From the NCBI GenBank assembly GCA_046727495.1, contig JBKPCS010000029.1, positions 1-61,109 of the forward strand: a DNA stretch of 61,109 bases, in the 5' to 3' direction. Positions 1 to 10,394 of the stretch are shown here, one piece after another. The DNA comes from a bacterium (GTDB lineage Bacteria; Verrucomicrobiota; Verrucomicrobiia; Chthoniobacterales; JAFAMB01). The notes under the pieces are model-generated. The model ran no database searches and was not told the origin of the DNA. It saw nothing but the letters and a program-made list of their open reading frames with translations. Positions within the stretch are counted from its first letter, which is position 1. Each line of letters opens with the position of its first letter. The position numbers and the translations under genes are program-made.

Positions 1-29
1 CTGCTGATGGGGTCGAACAAAGCGAATGT

Positions 30-150
30 CAACTTGGGTAGCAGCTACACAACCGAGTACGAGGACGATTAGCTCTCTCAAGGTCCTATCCTTTGCGTCT
101 TTGCGTCTTGGCGTGAGATCCTTTTTGCGTCTTGGCGTGACGTCCCCTTT
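30..150. repeat. Direct repeat copy 1: 3' end of the ORF truncated by the window edge ('...EYEDD*') plus a CTTKGCGT word array
   Basis: gagtacgaggacgattagctctctc (55-79) followed by ctttgcgtctttgcgtcttggcgtgagatc...gcgtcttggcgtga (91-140). The same string recurs at 669-775 on the other side of the GNAT gene. Confidence 0.7.
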
Positions 151-646
151 TCCCGAGCGGCTTTACCAAGAAGAATCGTTGGTGTCCACGCGGATAGTCG
201 TTGAGAACACCAAAAACTTTGAACCCGGCCTTCTTATAAAAACCTGGCGCCTGGAAATCGAATGAATCAAGAAAGATGGCTTCGCAGCCTTGTTCCAAGG
301 CGAGGTTCTCCGCTGCGGCAAGCAGATTACGACCGACGCCTTTCCTGCGATGAGATTCGTTTACGAAAACCGCGCTGACGAAAAGATGGTTCCAGTGACA
401 ATTACAAAGCAAACCTCCCACCGGGTCTGTTCCCCGGTCGTACGCAAAGATGGCGAACCTGCGCACATTTCTTGACCCGGCTCGAGATTCGTTGAAGGCG
501 ATTAGCCGGTCGATGATCCAGCTTGCAGTATCGGGCGCCGGCTCTGGTTGGATTGCGATTTTGAAGGACACGGGAAAAGGATACACCGTCGACACTTTGA
601 ACGTTTCCGTTGGACTGTTCCTAACTGGACCGACGAACGAAAGCAA
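86..646 (-). CDS. GNAT family N-acetyltransferase
   Basis: 186-aa ORF with an acetyl-CoA-binding region 'VNESHRRKGVGRNLLAAAENLALEQGCEAIFLDSF' and 'FYKKAGFKVFG' typical of the GNAT fold. The listed start is TTG and the real start is uncertain (possibly near 'VSFKIAIQ'). The last ~20 codons (GKRGRHAKTQKGSHAKTQRRKG) are read out of the repeat array. Confidence 0.75.
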   Translation of the reverse strand: MLSFVGPVRNSPTETFKVSTVYPFPVSFKIAIQPEPAPDTASWIIDRLIAFNESRAGSRNVRRFAIFAYDRGTDPVGGLLCNCHWNHLFVSAVFVNESHRRKGVGRNLLAAAENLALEQGCEAIFLDSFDFQAPGFYKKAGFKVFGVLNDYPRGHQRFFLVKPLGKRGRHAKTQKGSHAKTQRRKG

Positions 647-785
647 ATTGGTGAGAGCTGCGCCAATCGAGTACGAGTTCGAGGACGATTAGCTCTCTCT
701 TAAGGTCTGCGAAGGACCCTTAACCTTTGCGTCTTTGCGTCTTGGCGTGAGATCATTTCAGCGTCTTGGCGTGAGGTCCTTTTCT
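640..785. repeat. Direct repeat copy 2 (degenerate copy of an ORF tail '...EYEFEDD*' plus a CTTKGCGT word array)
   Basis: gagtacgagttcgaggacgattagctctctc (669-699), then a small hairpin ttaaggtc..gacccttaa, then ctttgcgtctttgcgtcttggcgtgagatc...gcgtcttggcgtga (725-775). It is collinear with 30-150. Confidence 0.7.
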
Positions 786-833
786 GTGCCTGGGCATGGA
801 GTCGCCGCGCCGAACGCCAAACGCGCCGCGCCT

Positions 834-1172
834 CTACGTCTGGTGAAAGAAACGCAGCTGTTCGTGCAACGTTTCTACCTCTCTGGCGAGTCGCATGATC
901 AACTTGATACCGTGGAAATTAATGCCACAGGCGGAGCGAAGGTATTCAATCCGGCGTAAGACCCGAATCCCTTCGTCATCGAAGCACCAGCCCTCGGTCG
1001 CTGGATCTACTACCGGCGATACCAGACCGTGCTTGCAATAGAACGCGACATGTCTGCGTGAGATATGCGCCAGAGCTGCTGCTGAGTCGATCGTGTAGAG
1101 CGTACGCGCATCGGGCTCGAAAACTTGGACCGCCATCGTTTCAAATGAGCTGTCGAACGGATTCATCGTCAT
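834..1172 (-). CDS. MerR-family HTH protein, CbpM/HspR-like chaperone modulator
   Basis: 112 aa with a MerR-type HTH 'YTIDSAAALAHISRRHVAFYCKHGLVSP'. It lies directly downstream of the CbpA-type DnaJ gene, as cbpM/hspR-type genes do. Confidence 0.6.
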   Translation of the reverse strand: MTMNPFDSSFETMAVQVFEPDARTLYTIDSAAALAHISRRHVAFYCKHGLVSPVVDPATEGWCFDDEGIRVLRRIEYLRSACGINFHGIKLIMRLAREVETLHEQLRFFHQT

Positions 1173-1267
1173 CTCCAGCCTTACGTTGTTCCTGGGTTTA
1201 AACTGCGAAAATCTCGCTCAGCCGTCCGCCTTGGTCCCGCCAGCCGCGGGACTATGGCGAGGCAGCT

Positions 1268-2245
1268 TTATGTTGTTCTCGGGTTAAATTTTGAGACCTC
1301 GCTCAGCTGCTTCCACAGCTCGCGCTCCTTATCAGTAATATGCTCCGGGAGCCGAATGTTAATCACCACATAGAGATCGCCGTGCTGTCCCCCTTCGCCC
1401 GTCGGTAAACCGTGACCGCGTATGCGCAGCTGCTGCCCGTTATCAGATTCTTCCGGGACACGGACCGAAACCCGTCCTGCCAGGGTCGGCACGATTACTT
1501 TCGTTCCGAGCACCGCTTCCCAAGGAGCAACATCCAATGTGTAATACAGGTCAGAACCTCGGACTTGAAAGTCTGGATGTGCAGCGAGGCGGACGCGCAG
1601 AAAAAGATCGCCGGATGCAGCTCCACCGATCCCTGCGCCGCCCATCCCAGCAACTCTAATCGCCTGCCCGTCGCGAACCCCGGCGGGAATTCGGACTCTT
1701 ATTGTCTGTGTGCTGCTTTCCCCCGTGCGCGGATCAGTTCTCTGCAATGAAAGAACCCGCACTCCACCCTTCAACGCTTCCTCTAGCGTCACCAGAATAT
1801 CGCTCTCGATATCTTGTCCGCGGATCGCAACACCTCTGCCGGCGCCTGGTTCGGTCCCAGGTCCTTCAACTCCACCGAAACGTCCGGATCGGCCAAAAAA
1901 TTGCTCAAAAAAATCGCTGAACCCGGTGCCGTCGAAATGGAATTCGTAACTTTGGCCATCTCCGGAACCGCGCCACGCTCTTCGCGTCGCGCCCTCGGGT
2001 GGCGGTTGGAACCTCTGATTCCAGTTCGCACCCAGCTCGTCGTATTTCTTGCGGTTGTCGGGATTACCAAGGACTTCGTAGGCTTCGTTGATCTCTTTGA
2101 ACTTTTCTTCTGCGTTTTTCTTGTCTTTAGCAACGTCGGGATGATACTTCCGCGCAAGAGATCGGAACGCTTTTTTGATCTCTTCTTCGCTCGCTGTGCG
2201 CGGAACGCCCAGAATCGCGTAGTAATCTTTAAATTCAACCGGCAT
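1268..2245 (-). CDS. cbpA: DnaJ-class co-chaperone without zinc finger (CbpA-type curved-DNA-binding protein)
   Basis: J domain '[32 protein letters not shown]' with HPD, a G/F-rich linker and two C-terminal beta domains, with no CxxCxGxG repeats. The start was moved to the ATG at 2245 (MPVEFKDYY). Confidence 0.75.
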   Translation of the reverse strand: MPVEFKDYYAILGVPRTASEEEIKKAFRSLARKYHPDVAKDKKNAEEKFKEINEAYEVLGNPDNRKKYDELGANWNQRFQPPPEGATRRAWRGSGDGQSYEFHFDGTGFSDFFEQFFGRSGRFGGVEGPGTEPGAGRGVAIRGQDIESDILVTLEEALKGGVRVLSLQRTDPRTGESSTQTIRVRIPAGVRDGQAIRVAGMGGAGIGGAASGDLFLRVRLAAHPDFQVRGSDLYYTLDVAPWEAVLGTKVIVPTLAGRVSVRVPEESDNGQQLRIRGHGLPTGEGGQHGDLYVVINIRLPEHITDKERELWKQLSEVSKFNPRTT

Positions 2246-3470
2246 GTGGAGGCGCAATTGCTATTGTTGCGGGTTCTCTGCGAAAATGTCGTACTGCCAG
2301 AATCAAAGCGGTAACTTCGAACAATGCCGCGAGAAAGAACGTTGTTCCAACACGAATATCGGTAGCCGGATAGTGTGATACGGCTGCCAGAATCGGAGTG
2401 GCAAACATGGGCGCTATCACGCCCATGATGCTGTTGATCGAATTCAAAGATCCAATGGCCAACCCTTGCTTTGCCGGATCCACGGCTTTGGATACTAATC
2501 CCTGAAGCGCCGGCGCAACGACAAAGCCCAGCATGTTCGCGCAAATAACGGCGTACATCATCCATCCTTGGGTCGAGAGTCCATAAAGGATGTATGCGAA
2601 AAACGACGAGGTAAGACCGACTAAGAGTGTACGCACGTCACCGAAGTTCTTCAGCATCATCCGAAGCAAGACCGTCTGCCCCAACGCGGATCCGATTCCG
2701 ACAATGAAAAGCGAGATACCGTTTTCGGTGGGTCCCCAGTGAAAGCGAAAGGTTGTGTAAAGCACCCAAGTAGTTCGCAAAATGAATTCAGGAAGCGCGA
2801 CCAGCGTAAAGACTACTATTAGATTCCCGATACCGTGAATTTGCGCCAGCCCGATCAACGCGGAAAACGGATTTGCTTTTGCGAAGGAAAATGGGGAACG
2901 GTTTTGATTCGACTCCGGCAAAACAAAAAAGCCGTACAACCAGTTCAACAGCGAAAGCGACGCAGCAGCAAAGTACGGCAGGCGAAGATCGTGTTGAGCT
3001 AAGAGTCCGCCGAACATAGGGCCGCAAATAAATCCCATACCAAACACGGCGCCCATCATTCCGAATGTCTTCGCGCGATCTTCAGGGGCCGTGATATCCG
3101 CGAGGTACGCGCCAGCGACCGAATAACTCGCGCCGCACGCACCTCCGATCAATCGGGCAACTAAGAGGAGCCAGAGCCATGGTGAGAGCGCGGTGAGCAG
3201 AAAATTCAGTCCCAGGCCGAATATCGCGACCAATAACAGCGGGCGTCTCCCAAACTGGTCGCTCAGCGCGCCAAGTAACGGCGCGGAACAAAACAACATC
3301 AGGCCATACGCGGCCATCAACGCGCCGTACCAATAAGCCTGTTGATCCGTGCTCGTGGTCATGGTGCCAACCAGCGCGGGTAAAACCGGAATCACGATGC
3401 CGATTCCCAGGATGTCCAAAAACACGGTGATCAGAACGAATGGCACAGCGGCTTTGCGTTGATTCACCAT
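2235..3470 (-). CDS. MFS transporter (Tet/DHA1-like efflux type)
   Basis: 411 aa, hydrophobic throughout with about 12 helices, and an MFS motif-A-like '[14 protein letters not shown]'. Confidence 0.8.
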   Translation of the reverse strand: MVNQRKAAVPFVLITVFLDILGIGIVIPVLPALVGTMTTSTDQQAYWYGALMAAYGLMLFCSAPLLGALSDQFGRRPLLLVAIFGLGLNFLLTALSPWLWLLLVARLIGGACGASYSVAGAYLADITAPEDRAKTFGMMGAVFGMGFICGPMFGGLLAQHDLRLPYFAAASLSLLNWLYGFFVLPESNQNRSPFSFAKANPFSALIGLAQIHGIGNLIVVFTLVALPEFILRTTWVLYTTFRFHWGPTENGISLFIVGIGSALGQTVLLRMMLKNFGDVRTLLVGLTSSFFAYILYGLSTQGWMMYAVICANMLGFVVAPALQGLVSKAVDPAKQGLAIGSLNSINSIMGVIAPMFATPILAAVSHYPATDIRVGTTFFLAALFEVTALILAVRHFRREPATIAIAPPHAG

Positions 3471-3644
3471 TAACTTTCAGTTCTCACGATTTTGCGCGTT
3501 ACGCAAAAGTGAAGCGATAAAAGTGAGATGCCCGCCTTCTCGAGAGATTCCGAAGGAGTTCGTCCTTCCCGACGATTCTTAACTCTCGCCAGCCCCGGCT
3601 CGATGCTTACACTGTGACTGTATCGATCCGAGTGCCGCCCCGGC

Positions 3645-4827
3645 TCACGCGTCTGCGGCTCCCATACGGGTCGCGTTTACAAATTGCTCGGTGGAATTGT
3701 CAATCTGGCGCCCCCCACGACCGCGCGCAGCATGAATGTACATCGACTGCCGATCGACCCGACCCGAGGGAGCTGGCGGCAACGAGATTTCGTATTTAAT
3801 CGGCTGCTGGTGATCAGCGATCTGCAGCTCCGGATTGTAGACACTGTTAAATTTCCAGAGCATCTTAAGAAAGTTGGTTTGACCTCGGACCAAGCGGGCA
3901 GCCGCTAAGCCAGCGGCTTCTCGCAGCGCCGCGAGCCCGAGATGCTTCATATTCAATACCCGTTGTGTCTTAACCAATTCCCGATAAAACTCAGGCAAGG
4001 GTAACTTGGTTGGTAAGACTGCGTGCTGGATATCGAACAACCGGTAATCACGGGTGCTGATTTTACGGGACTCCGTCCGCCAGCTTTCCGTGCCTGGATA
4101 AGGAGTGTTGACGCTGATGTTCACAATCTCCGGAATCTCTTTGCACCACTCCCGGATAACTCGGAACCGTTCCCTGTCCCAGGAAGGGTCAGCAATAATG
4201 TTAATTGCCACTGAGATTCCGAGAGATCGCGCGAACTCAAGGGCTTCGAAGTTCTGGGATAGGCTGACTCGTTTCCGAAATTGTTTTAACGCTTCTTCAT
4301 CGATCGCTTCAATCCCTAGAAACATGTACTCGAGGCCGATTTTGCGCCAAAACTGGAAGTCCTCTTTGTGCCGCAGCAGAATATCGCCTCGAGTTTCCAG
4401 ATAATACTGTTTCCTAATTCCCTTACGAGCAATCAACTCACCGATCCATCCCATGATCGGCCTGGATAAAGGCAACATCATCGAGGAGAAAAATACCGGG
4501 CTCTTTGATAGTACCCAGTTCTTCCAACACTCGGGCAGGCGACTTTGTACGATAACTCCGACCGTAAAACGTCCAGGCGCTGCAAAAAACACAATCCCAA
4601 GGGCAACCGCGACTGAACTCGATCGAGGCACAGGGGTCGAGCACACCGATGAAATAGCGTCGCCGATGGCGCAACAAATCTCGGCCGGGGATCAGATCGT
4701 CAAGACTTTTTACGAATCCGGGCCGTGTACCCTCGCCTTCCAATGTAACCACGCCAGGTACTTGAGCTAAGGCGGAGCGATCGTTCTCAACTAATCCTTT
4801 ATCGCGGGAAGGGCAAGGACATTCCAT
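3645..4827 (-). pseudogene. B12-binding-domain radical SAM enzyme, frameshifted and N-terminally degraded
   Basis: ORF 4438-4827 carries the radical SAM cluster motif 'SIEFSRGCPWDCVFCSAW' and ends '...DDVAFIQADHGMDR*'. The continuation 'IMGWIGELIARKGIRKQYYLETRGD...' is in another frame (ORF 3645-4646), which implies a 1-nt indel near 4445-4460. Only ~230 nt remain upstream for what should be a ~140-aa B12-binding domain, and that stretch is broken by stops. Confidence 0.65.
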
Positions 4828-5055
4828 CTCAAGTCCTTGCGCTTTCGCCCGCCAGGCAACATCCTTTACTGGAAAGCCTAAAACGGCTGGAGAATGAGTA
4901 TTCTCTAAAAGAAGAACTGGATCCGACCTGGGCTACTCGACCGGTTGCCATTACCGCGTCCGCGTCCTCGAAAGTCAATCCGTGATAGTCGTAAGTGACA
5001 TCAAACGTTCTTAGGCGTTCTAGCGGTCCTGTCGGACGACGATGACAAACCGATG

Positions 5056-5532
5056 TCACATCGGGCGCGTGACCTTTATTCTGCCCATTACCTCGCCTTC
5101 AACCCGATGTGATCGGCCTCGAAACAGGGCTATGCGTTTTCCGCTCTGGTCCGTGACGGCAACGTCGTAGATACCGCTCCGGCCTTGAAGCGATTGTTCC
5201 ATTGCTTCGGCGCACAGTTCATCGCCCACCCGCGCAGAAGCGAGGAAATCAATGCTGCATCCCGCCGCAACAGTCTTCTGATTCCGGCTGTTACAAGCGA
5301 AAGCGAACGCGCTGTCGGCCAAACTGAAAACGATTCCTCCGTGACAAATGCCATGACCATTTGTCATGGCAGGACGTACCCGCATCTTTAATTTGGAATA
5401 TCCGGCACCCACTTCGATGATTTGGATACCGAGGCACTGGGACGCGTGATCTCGCGCGAACATCCAACTGATAACGGCTTCGGCGAGAATCGTTTCATTT
5501 TCCCGATGAGGTACGTTCAGCGGCGGGTTCAT
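5056..5532 (-). CDS. paaI: Hydroxyphenylacetyl-CoA thioesterase PaaI (hotdog fold)
   Basis: 158 aa with 'NGHGICHGGIVFSLADSAFAFACNS', the PaaI/4HBT signature. It is the last gene of the paa operon. The start overlaps the paaH end by 38 nt, and an alternative start is at 5463. Confidence 0.8.
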   Translation of the reverse strand: MNPPLNVPHRENETILAEAVISWMFARDHASQCLGIQIIEVGAGYSKLKMRVRPAMTNGHGICHGGIVFSLADSAFAFACNSRNQKTVAAGCSIDFLASARVGDELCAEAMEQSLQGRSGIYDVAVTDQSGKRIALFRGRSHRVEGEVMGRIKVTRPM

Positions 5533-7042
5533 GGGCTTCCTTGTTCCTCCATAGCATTCGCCGTATCAAAGGCGATATCCGGTACCGATCTTCTCCATAA
5601 TGGACTGATAAATTCGCTAAAACTTCACGCACAATTGTGAACCCAATGCGGTCAGCCCAAGCAAACGGTCCAAGCGGATAGTTGACTCCCTTTTCCATGG
5701 CTAAATCGAGTGCCTCCTGGGTGCAGACGCCTTGGTTCACGGCATCCGCGGCTTCGTTGATGATGCATGTTGCGATGCGCATAATGACCATCCCTGCAAC
5801 ATCCTCAATTCGCGAAACGACAAATCCCGCAGCTTGGAATAAGCCAACCACCTCACGATACGCGACATCGGAACATTGCTCAGCTTTTGCAAGCGCGATG
5901 CGTTTCGCTTTTTCGTAGTCCAGCGCCAAGTCAACCAGAACCGTATTGTCCAGCCCAGTCTCCTGCGCCCGCTCAGTCGCGGTCCGGCCGTCTGTAAGCC
6001 AAACCGTTGCGTTGTCAGTCTCCAGCAGAAGCCCACGGTGAGAAGACCTCCACAGATTGAAACTGCCAGATCGCGCTGCCATCAAGCGCGTAATCAGAGG
6101 CTGGACTACCGCATCGTTCTCCACCGGCACAACCCGCCTTGGGCCCTCCGCTGGCGGCTCGGTATGGGGCAGCTGTTTTTCAGCGTTTTCGTGATACTCA
6201 TAAAAACCGCGCCCGGTTTTTCGGCCCAAAAAACCCGCGCGTACCAGTTCCTCCTGAATCAACGAAGGCGTATACCTCGGATCATAAGAGAAAGCGCGAA
6301 ACACGGACTGTGTTACCGCCAGGTTTACATCGTTCCCGATCAGATCCATGAGCTCGAATGGCCCCATCCGGAACCCTCCCGCTTCGCGGATCACCGCATC
6401 GATTGTTGCTGGGGCGGACGCCTGCTCGTTCAGGAGGCGAAGCGCTTCTCCATAGAACGGCCTTGCCACGCGATTAACAATAAACCCGGGTCTGGATTGG
6501 ACGCACACCGGAGTTTTTCCCCACGCTTTGGCAATCGAACATACGTTCTCCACTACTGCAGGGTCGGTTGCCAGACCCGACACGACTTCCACGAGATCCA
6601 TACGTTGCGCAGGATTAAAAAAATGCATGCCGACCACTCGCTGAGGCTTTGTGACTCCTGCAGCAATGGCTGTGATCGAGAGCGACGATGTGTTGGTCGC
6701 TAGAATCGACTGCGGGTTGACGATCCTCTCAAGAGCAGCAAAAAGCTGCTGTTTGCTTTCGAGATCTTCGATGATTGCTTCAATTACCAACGCAACGTCG
6801 GAGAACAGGCCCAGATCTGTAGCTACGCGAAGCGAGGCAATTGCACGATTCGCTTGCTCCGGGCTCAACCGCTTTTTTTCGACGCGCCTTTGCAGATTTT
6901 CCCTTACCGTTTCCGCTGCTTCTTCAGAAGCGGCCGCGTTTGAGTCAAACAGATAGACCGAATAGCCGGCGAGCAAGGCAACCTCGGCGATCCCCCTCCC
7001 CATGGTTCCGCTGCCTACAATCCCAACTGTTTTTTCGTTCAT
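5495..7042 (-). CDS. paaH: 3-hydroxyadipyl-CoA dehydrogenase, long form (PaaH)
   Basis: 515 aa with an N-terminal NAD fold 'VGIVGSGTMGRGIAEVALLAGYSVYLFD' and a duplicated C-terminal 3-hydroxyacyl-CoA dehydrogenase domain, in paa operon context. Confidence 0.85.
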   Translation of the reverse strand: MNEKTVGIVGSGTMGRGIAEVALLAGYSVYLFDSNAAASEEAAETVRENLQRRVEKKRLSPEQANRAIASLRVATDLGLFSDVALVIEAIIEDLESKQQLFAALERIVNPQSILATNTSSLSITAIAAGVTKPQRVVGMHFFNPAQRMDLVEVVSGLATDPAVVENVCSIAKAWGKTPVCVQSRPGFIVNRVARPFYGEALRLLNEQASAPATIDAVIREAGGFRMGPFELMDLIGNDVNLAVTQSVFRAFSYDPRYTPSLIQEELVRAGFLGRKTGRGFYEYHENAEKQLPHTEPPAEGPRRVVPVENDAVVQPLITRLMAARSGSFNLWRSSHRGLLLETDNATVWLTDGRTATERAQETGLDNTVLVDLALDYEKAKRIALAKAEQCSDVAYREVVGLFQAAGFVVSRIEDVAGMVIMRIATCIINEAADAVNQGVCTQEALDLAMEKGVNYPLGPFAWADRIGFTIVREVLANLSVHYGEDRYRISPLIRRMLWRNKEAHEPAAERTSSGK

Positions 7043-7048
7043 TGTGTC

Positions 7049-7077
7049 TGTAGGGCGGCAGGCCCTGCCGCCCTACA
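7049..7077. repeat. REP-like perfect hairpin tgtagggcggcagg-ccctgccgccctaca
   Basis: A palindromic 29-mer in the 44-nt paaG-paaH spacer. Related copies are at 42685-42711 (ggcggcagcagggcctgccgccctaca) and, partially, at 14681-14700. Confidence 0.7.
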
Positions 7078-7086
7078 CCATACCTG

Positions 7087-7878
7087 CTATTCGCCTCTAA
7101 ATTTTGCAGGACGTTTCTCCAGAAACGCGGAAACACCCTCCTGGAAATCTTTGCTTCTACCGAGCTCTCGATTGAAATCGCGTTCGACATCGAGTTGCGC
7201 ATCGAGGGAATTCTGCGCCGACATTCGAATCGCTCGTTTTGCGTAAGCCAAGCCTTTCGTCGGAGCTGTAGCTAGGTGCTGCACCAATGTTTCAACCGTT
7301 GCCTGGAAATCCGCATCTTCGACGCAGCGCCAGATTAAACCCCAGTTCGCGGCTTGTTCGGCAGAAAGCTTTTCACCGAGTAGGACGAGACCAAGGGCCC
7401 GGGCTGTTCCAACCAGGCGTGGCAGCGAATAGGTGCCGCCGGTGTCGGGAACCAGTCCCAGCTTGGCAAACGATTGGATGAAGCTGGCAGACTTTGTTGC
7501 GATGACAAGGTCGCACGCCAGGGCCAGATTAGCGCCCGCACCTGCAGCAACTCCGTTTACCGCTGCCACCACTGGTAACGGCAACGCGGTCAGTGTCCGT
7601 ACCAAAGGCGAGTAATATTTTCCGATCGAGAGACCGAGATCGGGTGGGCCAGATTCCGGAACAGCGACGCGATCCGCAAGATCTTGTCCGGCACAAAAAC
7701 CGCGCCCAGCACCTGTTAGAACGAGCACACGTGTGCTTGCGTTTTCCTGGACCTGTTTCAAGGCCAGCTGAACCTCTTCATGCATCTGAACATTGAAACT
7801 GTTCAGTTTCTCCGGCCGGTTTAACGTCAACCGCGCAACCCCATCGCGAATTTCAAAAAGGATCGTCTGAAAGCTCAT
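7087..7878 (-). CDS. paaG: 2-(1,2-epoxy-1,2-dihydrophenyl)acetyl-CoA isomerase PaaG (crotonase fold)
   Basis: 263 aa, '[23 protein letters not shown]...[15 protein letters not shown]', a crotonase family member in the PaaG position of the operon. Confidence 0.8.
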   Translation of the reverse strand: MSFQTILFEIRDGVARLTLNRPEKLNSFNVQMHEEVQLALKQVQENASTRVLVLTGAGRGFCAGQDLADRVAVPESGPPDLGLSIGKYYSPLVRTLTALPLPVVAAVNGVAAGAGANLALACDLVIATKSASFIQSFAKLGLVPDTGGTYSLPRLVGTARALGLVLLGEKLSAEQAANWGLIWRCVEDADFQATVETLVQHLATAPTKGLAYAKRAIRMSAQNSLDAQLDVERDFNRELGRSKDFQEGVSAFLEKRPAKFRGE

Positions 7879-8660
7879 CGGTTCTTGAAATTCGGTTTTC
7901 GCTTCTCCACGAAGGCCTTCATCCCTTCCTTTTGATCTTCCGTCGCAAACGTGGAATGGAAAAGACGGCGCTCAAAGCGTATTCCGTCAGACAGCGAGGC
8001 CTCGTCTACACGATTAACCGCTTCTTTGATCATCACGACCGCCGGACGAGACATCCCTGCGATTTTCGTTGCGGTTTTGATCGCATCGTCCCGAAGTTCA
8101 CTGAGCGGGACCACACGACTGACGAGTCCGCACCGCTCGGCTTCGGTTGCGTCCATGAAACGGCCGGTCAAGCACATCTCCATCGCTTTTGCCCTGCCAA
8201 TCAATCGAGTCAGTCGCTGGGTGCCACCGGCTCCAGGCATCGTGCCGATAGTAATTTCCGGCTGCCCGAACTTCGCGTTGTCTGCTGCGAGAATGAAATC
8301 GCATGCCATGGCAAGTTCACAGCCTCCACCAAGGGCGTAGCCGGCAACAGCAGCGATGACCGGTTTACGCTGAACAGCCAGTTGGCTCCAGGCCCCTTCT
8401 GGTCCATCCGGAAAATCAGCATTGAAAGAGTCGATGAAACTCTTGTTTTGCATCTCGCGAATGTCGGCCCCGGCAGCAAAAGCCTTTTCACTACCGGTGA
8501 TCACAATCGCGCCGATTGATTCGTCCGCTTCAAACGATTGCAGCGCTTTTCGAACTTCGTCGAGCAGCGGTGTAGACAGAGCGTTGAGCGCTTCGGGCCG
8601 GTTTAGAGTGATCACACCGACGTTGCCGACCGTTTCCACTAGGATGTTTTTGTAGTCCAT
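7875..8660 (-). CDS. paaF: 2,3-dehydroadipyl-CoA hydratase PaaF (enoyl-CoA hydratase)
   Basis: 261 aa, '[23 protein letters not shown]...[18 protein letters not shown]'. It shows a 4-nt overlap with paaG. Confidence 0.8.
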   Translation of the reverse strand: MDYKNILVETVGNVGVITLNRPEALNALSTPLLDEVRKALQSFEADESIGAIVITGSEKAFAAGADIREMQNKSFIDSFNADFPDGPEGAWSQLAVQRKPVIAAVAGYALGGGCELAMACDFILAADNAKFGQPEITIGTMPGAGGTQRLTRLIGRAKAMEMCLTGRFMDATEAERCGLVSRVVPLSELRDDAIKTATKIAGMSRPAVVMIKEAVNRVDEASLSDGIRFERRLFHSTFATEDQKEGMKAFVEKRKPNFKNR

Positions 8661-8671
8661 GATCGAAAAAG

Positions 8672-10336
8672 TCAGGCATGTCGCCGGCTTTGCACCACGC
8701 GGAAACGGTTGCTGACAAAAGCGCTGTCGGTCAGTGCTGCGTTTGCAGCCGGGTTCGCTCCAGTGCCGTGAAAATCGCTAAATGCGGCCGACTGATTAAC
8801 GTAAACTCCTCCGGTCAGATTGCAGGAAACTGGCACACCAGCGTCTGCTCCCACATCAATCGTTTCATCCAAAACTTCGTCGTTGGTAGAATAAACCGAG
8901 AGCGTCAATGCTCCGTGGTTTTTGGCTCCTTCTTTCGCCAGTTCGATACTCTCTGCCGTGTTCTCTGTCTCGACCACAAAAGCTATTGGGCCAAAAAGCT
9001 CTTGCATAAACTTGTCCTTGTTTACGGAAGTTGTCTTCAGAAGTAGCGGTGTACGGATTGTAGCTTTCGGAAATTGGGGATGCTCCAGCGGCCGGCTTTC
9101 AGCTATTGTCTGACCTAGTTCACCTGCTCCGTCAAGCCGGCGGAGTGTGGCTTCATTTTGCACCGCACCTAGAATTTCGACTGCGCGCGTTGGATCGCCG
9201 AGCAGCTTGGCCAGCCCATCTGCAAGGGCAGCACCAACTTGATCGAACGAGAGATGTCCTTCCGAAGTTTCGATGCCATTTCGCGGAACATAAATGTTCT
9301 GCGGCGCCGTACACATCTGCCCGGAATAGAGCGCTAAAGAAAATGCGATGTTTTTGACCATGCCTTTAAGATCAGCGGTCGAATCAACAACGATCTGGTT
9401 CACGCCGGCCTTCTCTGCGTACACCAGCGCCTGTTTCGCGTTCTCTTGGATCCAGTTTCCGTTAGCTGAACTACCGGTGAAATCGATCAGCTTGATCTCC
9501 GGCCGCAAGGCTAGTGTTTGTGCTGTCTGATCCCCTGCCTCATGTGCGACAAGCGTGACAACGTTTGGATCAAACCCGGCCTCGGCTAATACCTCGCGCG
9601 CGATTTCAACCGTGAGCGCAAGCGGTAAGATCGCGCCGGGGTGTGGTTTAACGATCACCGCGTTTCCAGTCGCGAGATCAGCAAATAAGCCTGGGTAACT
9701 GTTCCAGGTCGGGAACGTGGAACATGCAATCACTAACCCGATTCCGCGCGGTACGATTCGGTACTCTTTTTCCATTTTCAGGGGTTCATGTTTCCCCTGA
9801 GGCTTCTCCCAGTACGCTTTGCTTGGGATTCGACTCATCTCCGACCACGCATACGCGACTGCTTCCAGTCCGCGATCCTGTGCGTGCGGACCGCCAGCCT
9901 GAAACGCCATCATGAAGGCTTGTCCGCTGGTGTGCATCACCGCGTATGCGATTTCGAAACTCCGCCGATTTAATCGCTGCAGGATTTCCAGAGACACTCC
10001 GGTCCATGTCTCCGGGCCAGCGTTTCGCCATGCTTTTGCCGCCGTTTGAACCGCACCGATAAGGACGTCCAGATCCGCTCGAGGATACGTAATGCCCAAA
10101 TCAAAACCGTAAGGCGATTTTTCGGAACCGGTCTGTCCGGTGTTCCCGGGTTGCGCGATAGAAAACGGCTTGTTCAATCGCGCATCGAATGCGGCTTTTC
10201 CGTCGGCATTTGCCGTCTCTCCGTATATTTTCGGACTTGGCATTTCCGAAAACGGGCTCCAGTAACCGCGAGTTGCAATCGCTTGAAGCGCCTGATCAAG
10301 GGTCGTTTTGTGCTGGGAGAAGAATGAATTGGACAT
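8672..10336 (-). CDS. paaN: Phenylacetate pathway ring-opening aldehyde dehydrogenase PaaN
   Basis: ALDH-superfamily protein with a PaaN-type N-terminus '[36 protein letters not shown]'. The start was moved to the ATG at 10336 (MSNSFF), because the longer ORF start would overlap paaE. Confidence 0.75.
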   Translation of the reverse strand: MSNSFFSQHKTTLDQALQAIATRGYWSPFSEMPSPKIYGETANADGKAAFDARLNKPFSIAQPGNTGQTGSEKSPYGFDLGITYPRADLDVLIGAVQTAAKAWRNAGPETWTGVSLEILQRLNRRSFEIAYAVMHTSGQAFMMAFQAGGPHAQDRGLEAVAYAWSEMSRIPSKAYWEKPQGKHEPLKMEKEYRIVPRGIGLVIACSTFPTWNSYPGLFADLATGNAVIVKPHPGAILPLALTVEIAREVLAEAGFDPNVVTLVAHEAGDQTAQTLALRPEIKLIDFTGSSANGNWIQENAKQALVYAEKAGVNQIVVDSTADLKGMVKNIAFSLALYSGQMCTAPQNIYVPRNGIETSEGHLSFDQVGAALADGLAKLLGDPTRAVEILGAVQNEATLRRLDGAGELGQTIAESRPLEHPQFPKATIRTPLLLKTTSVNKDKFMQELFGPIAFVVETENTAESIELAKEGAKNHGALTLSVYSTNDEVLDETIDVGADAGVPVSCNLTGGVYVNQSAAFSDFHGTGANPAANAALTDSAFVSNRFRVVQSRRHA

Positions 10337-10394
10337 AGGAGGGGGCCGGGAGGACCGGGGTTCAGTTTTCGGTTGTCGGTTGTCGGTTTTCCGT

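Noticed and set aside
450-692. 80-aa plus-strand ORF ending '...IEYEFEDD*'
   Set aside because: It is antisense to the well-supported GNAT gene. Only its last ~30 codons resemble the tail of the ORF at the window edge, so it is treated as part of the duplicated repeat and not as a gene.
1789-2565. Long ORFs antisense to or overlapping confident genes (1789-2565, 5876-6703, 17152-17784, 38524-39219, 42483-43082, 47065-47613, 52669-53181, 53679-54095, 59033-59500, 60276-60998 and similar)
   Set aside because: They are shadow ORFs of real genes. Their products are low-complexity and Arg/Ser/Pro-rich without motifs, and the opposite-strand or other-frame gene has clear family signatures.
4829-5059. 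76-aa ORF between the radical SAM core and paaI as an independent gene
   Set aside because: It occupies the position of the missing B12-binding domain and has no start context or motif. It is interpreted as degraded remains of the radical SAM N-terminus.
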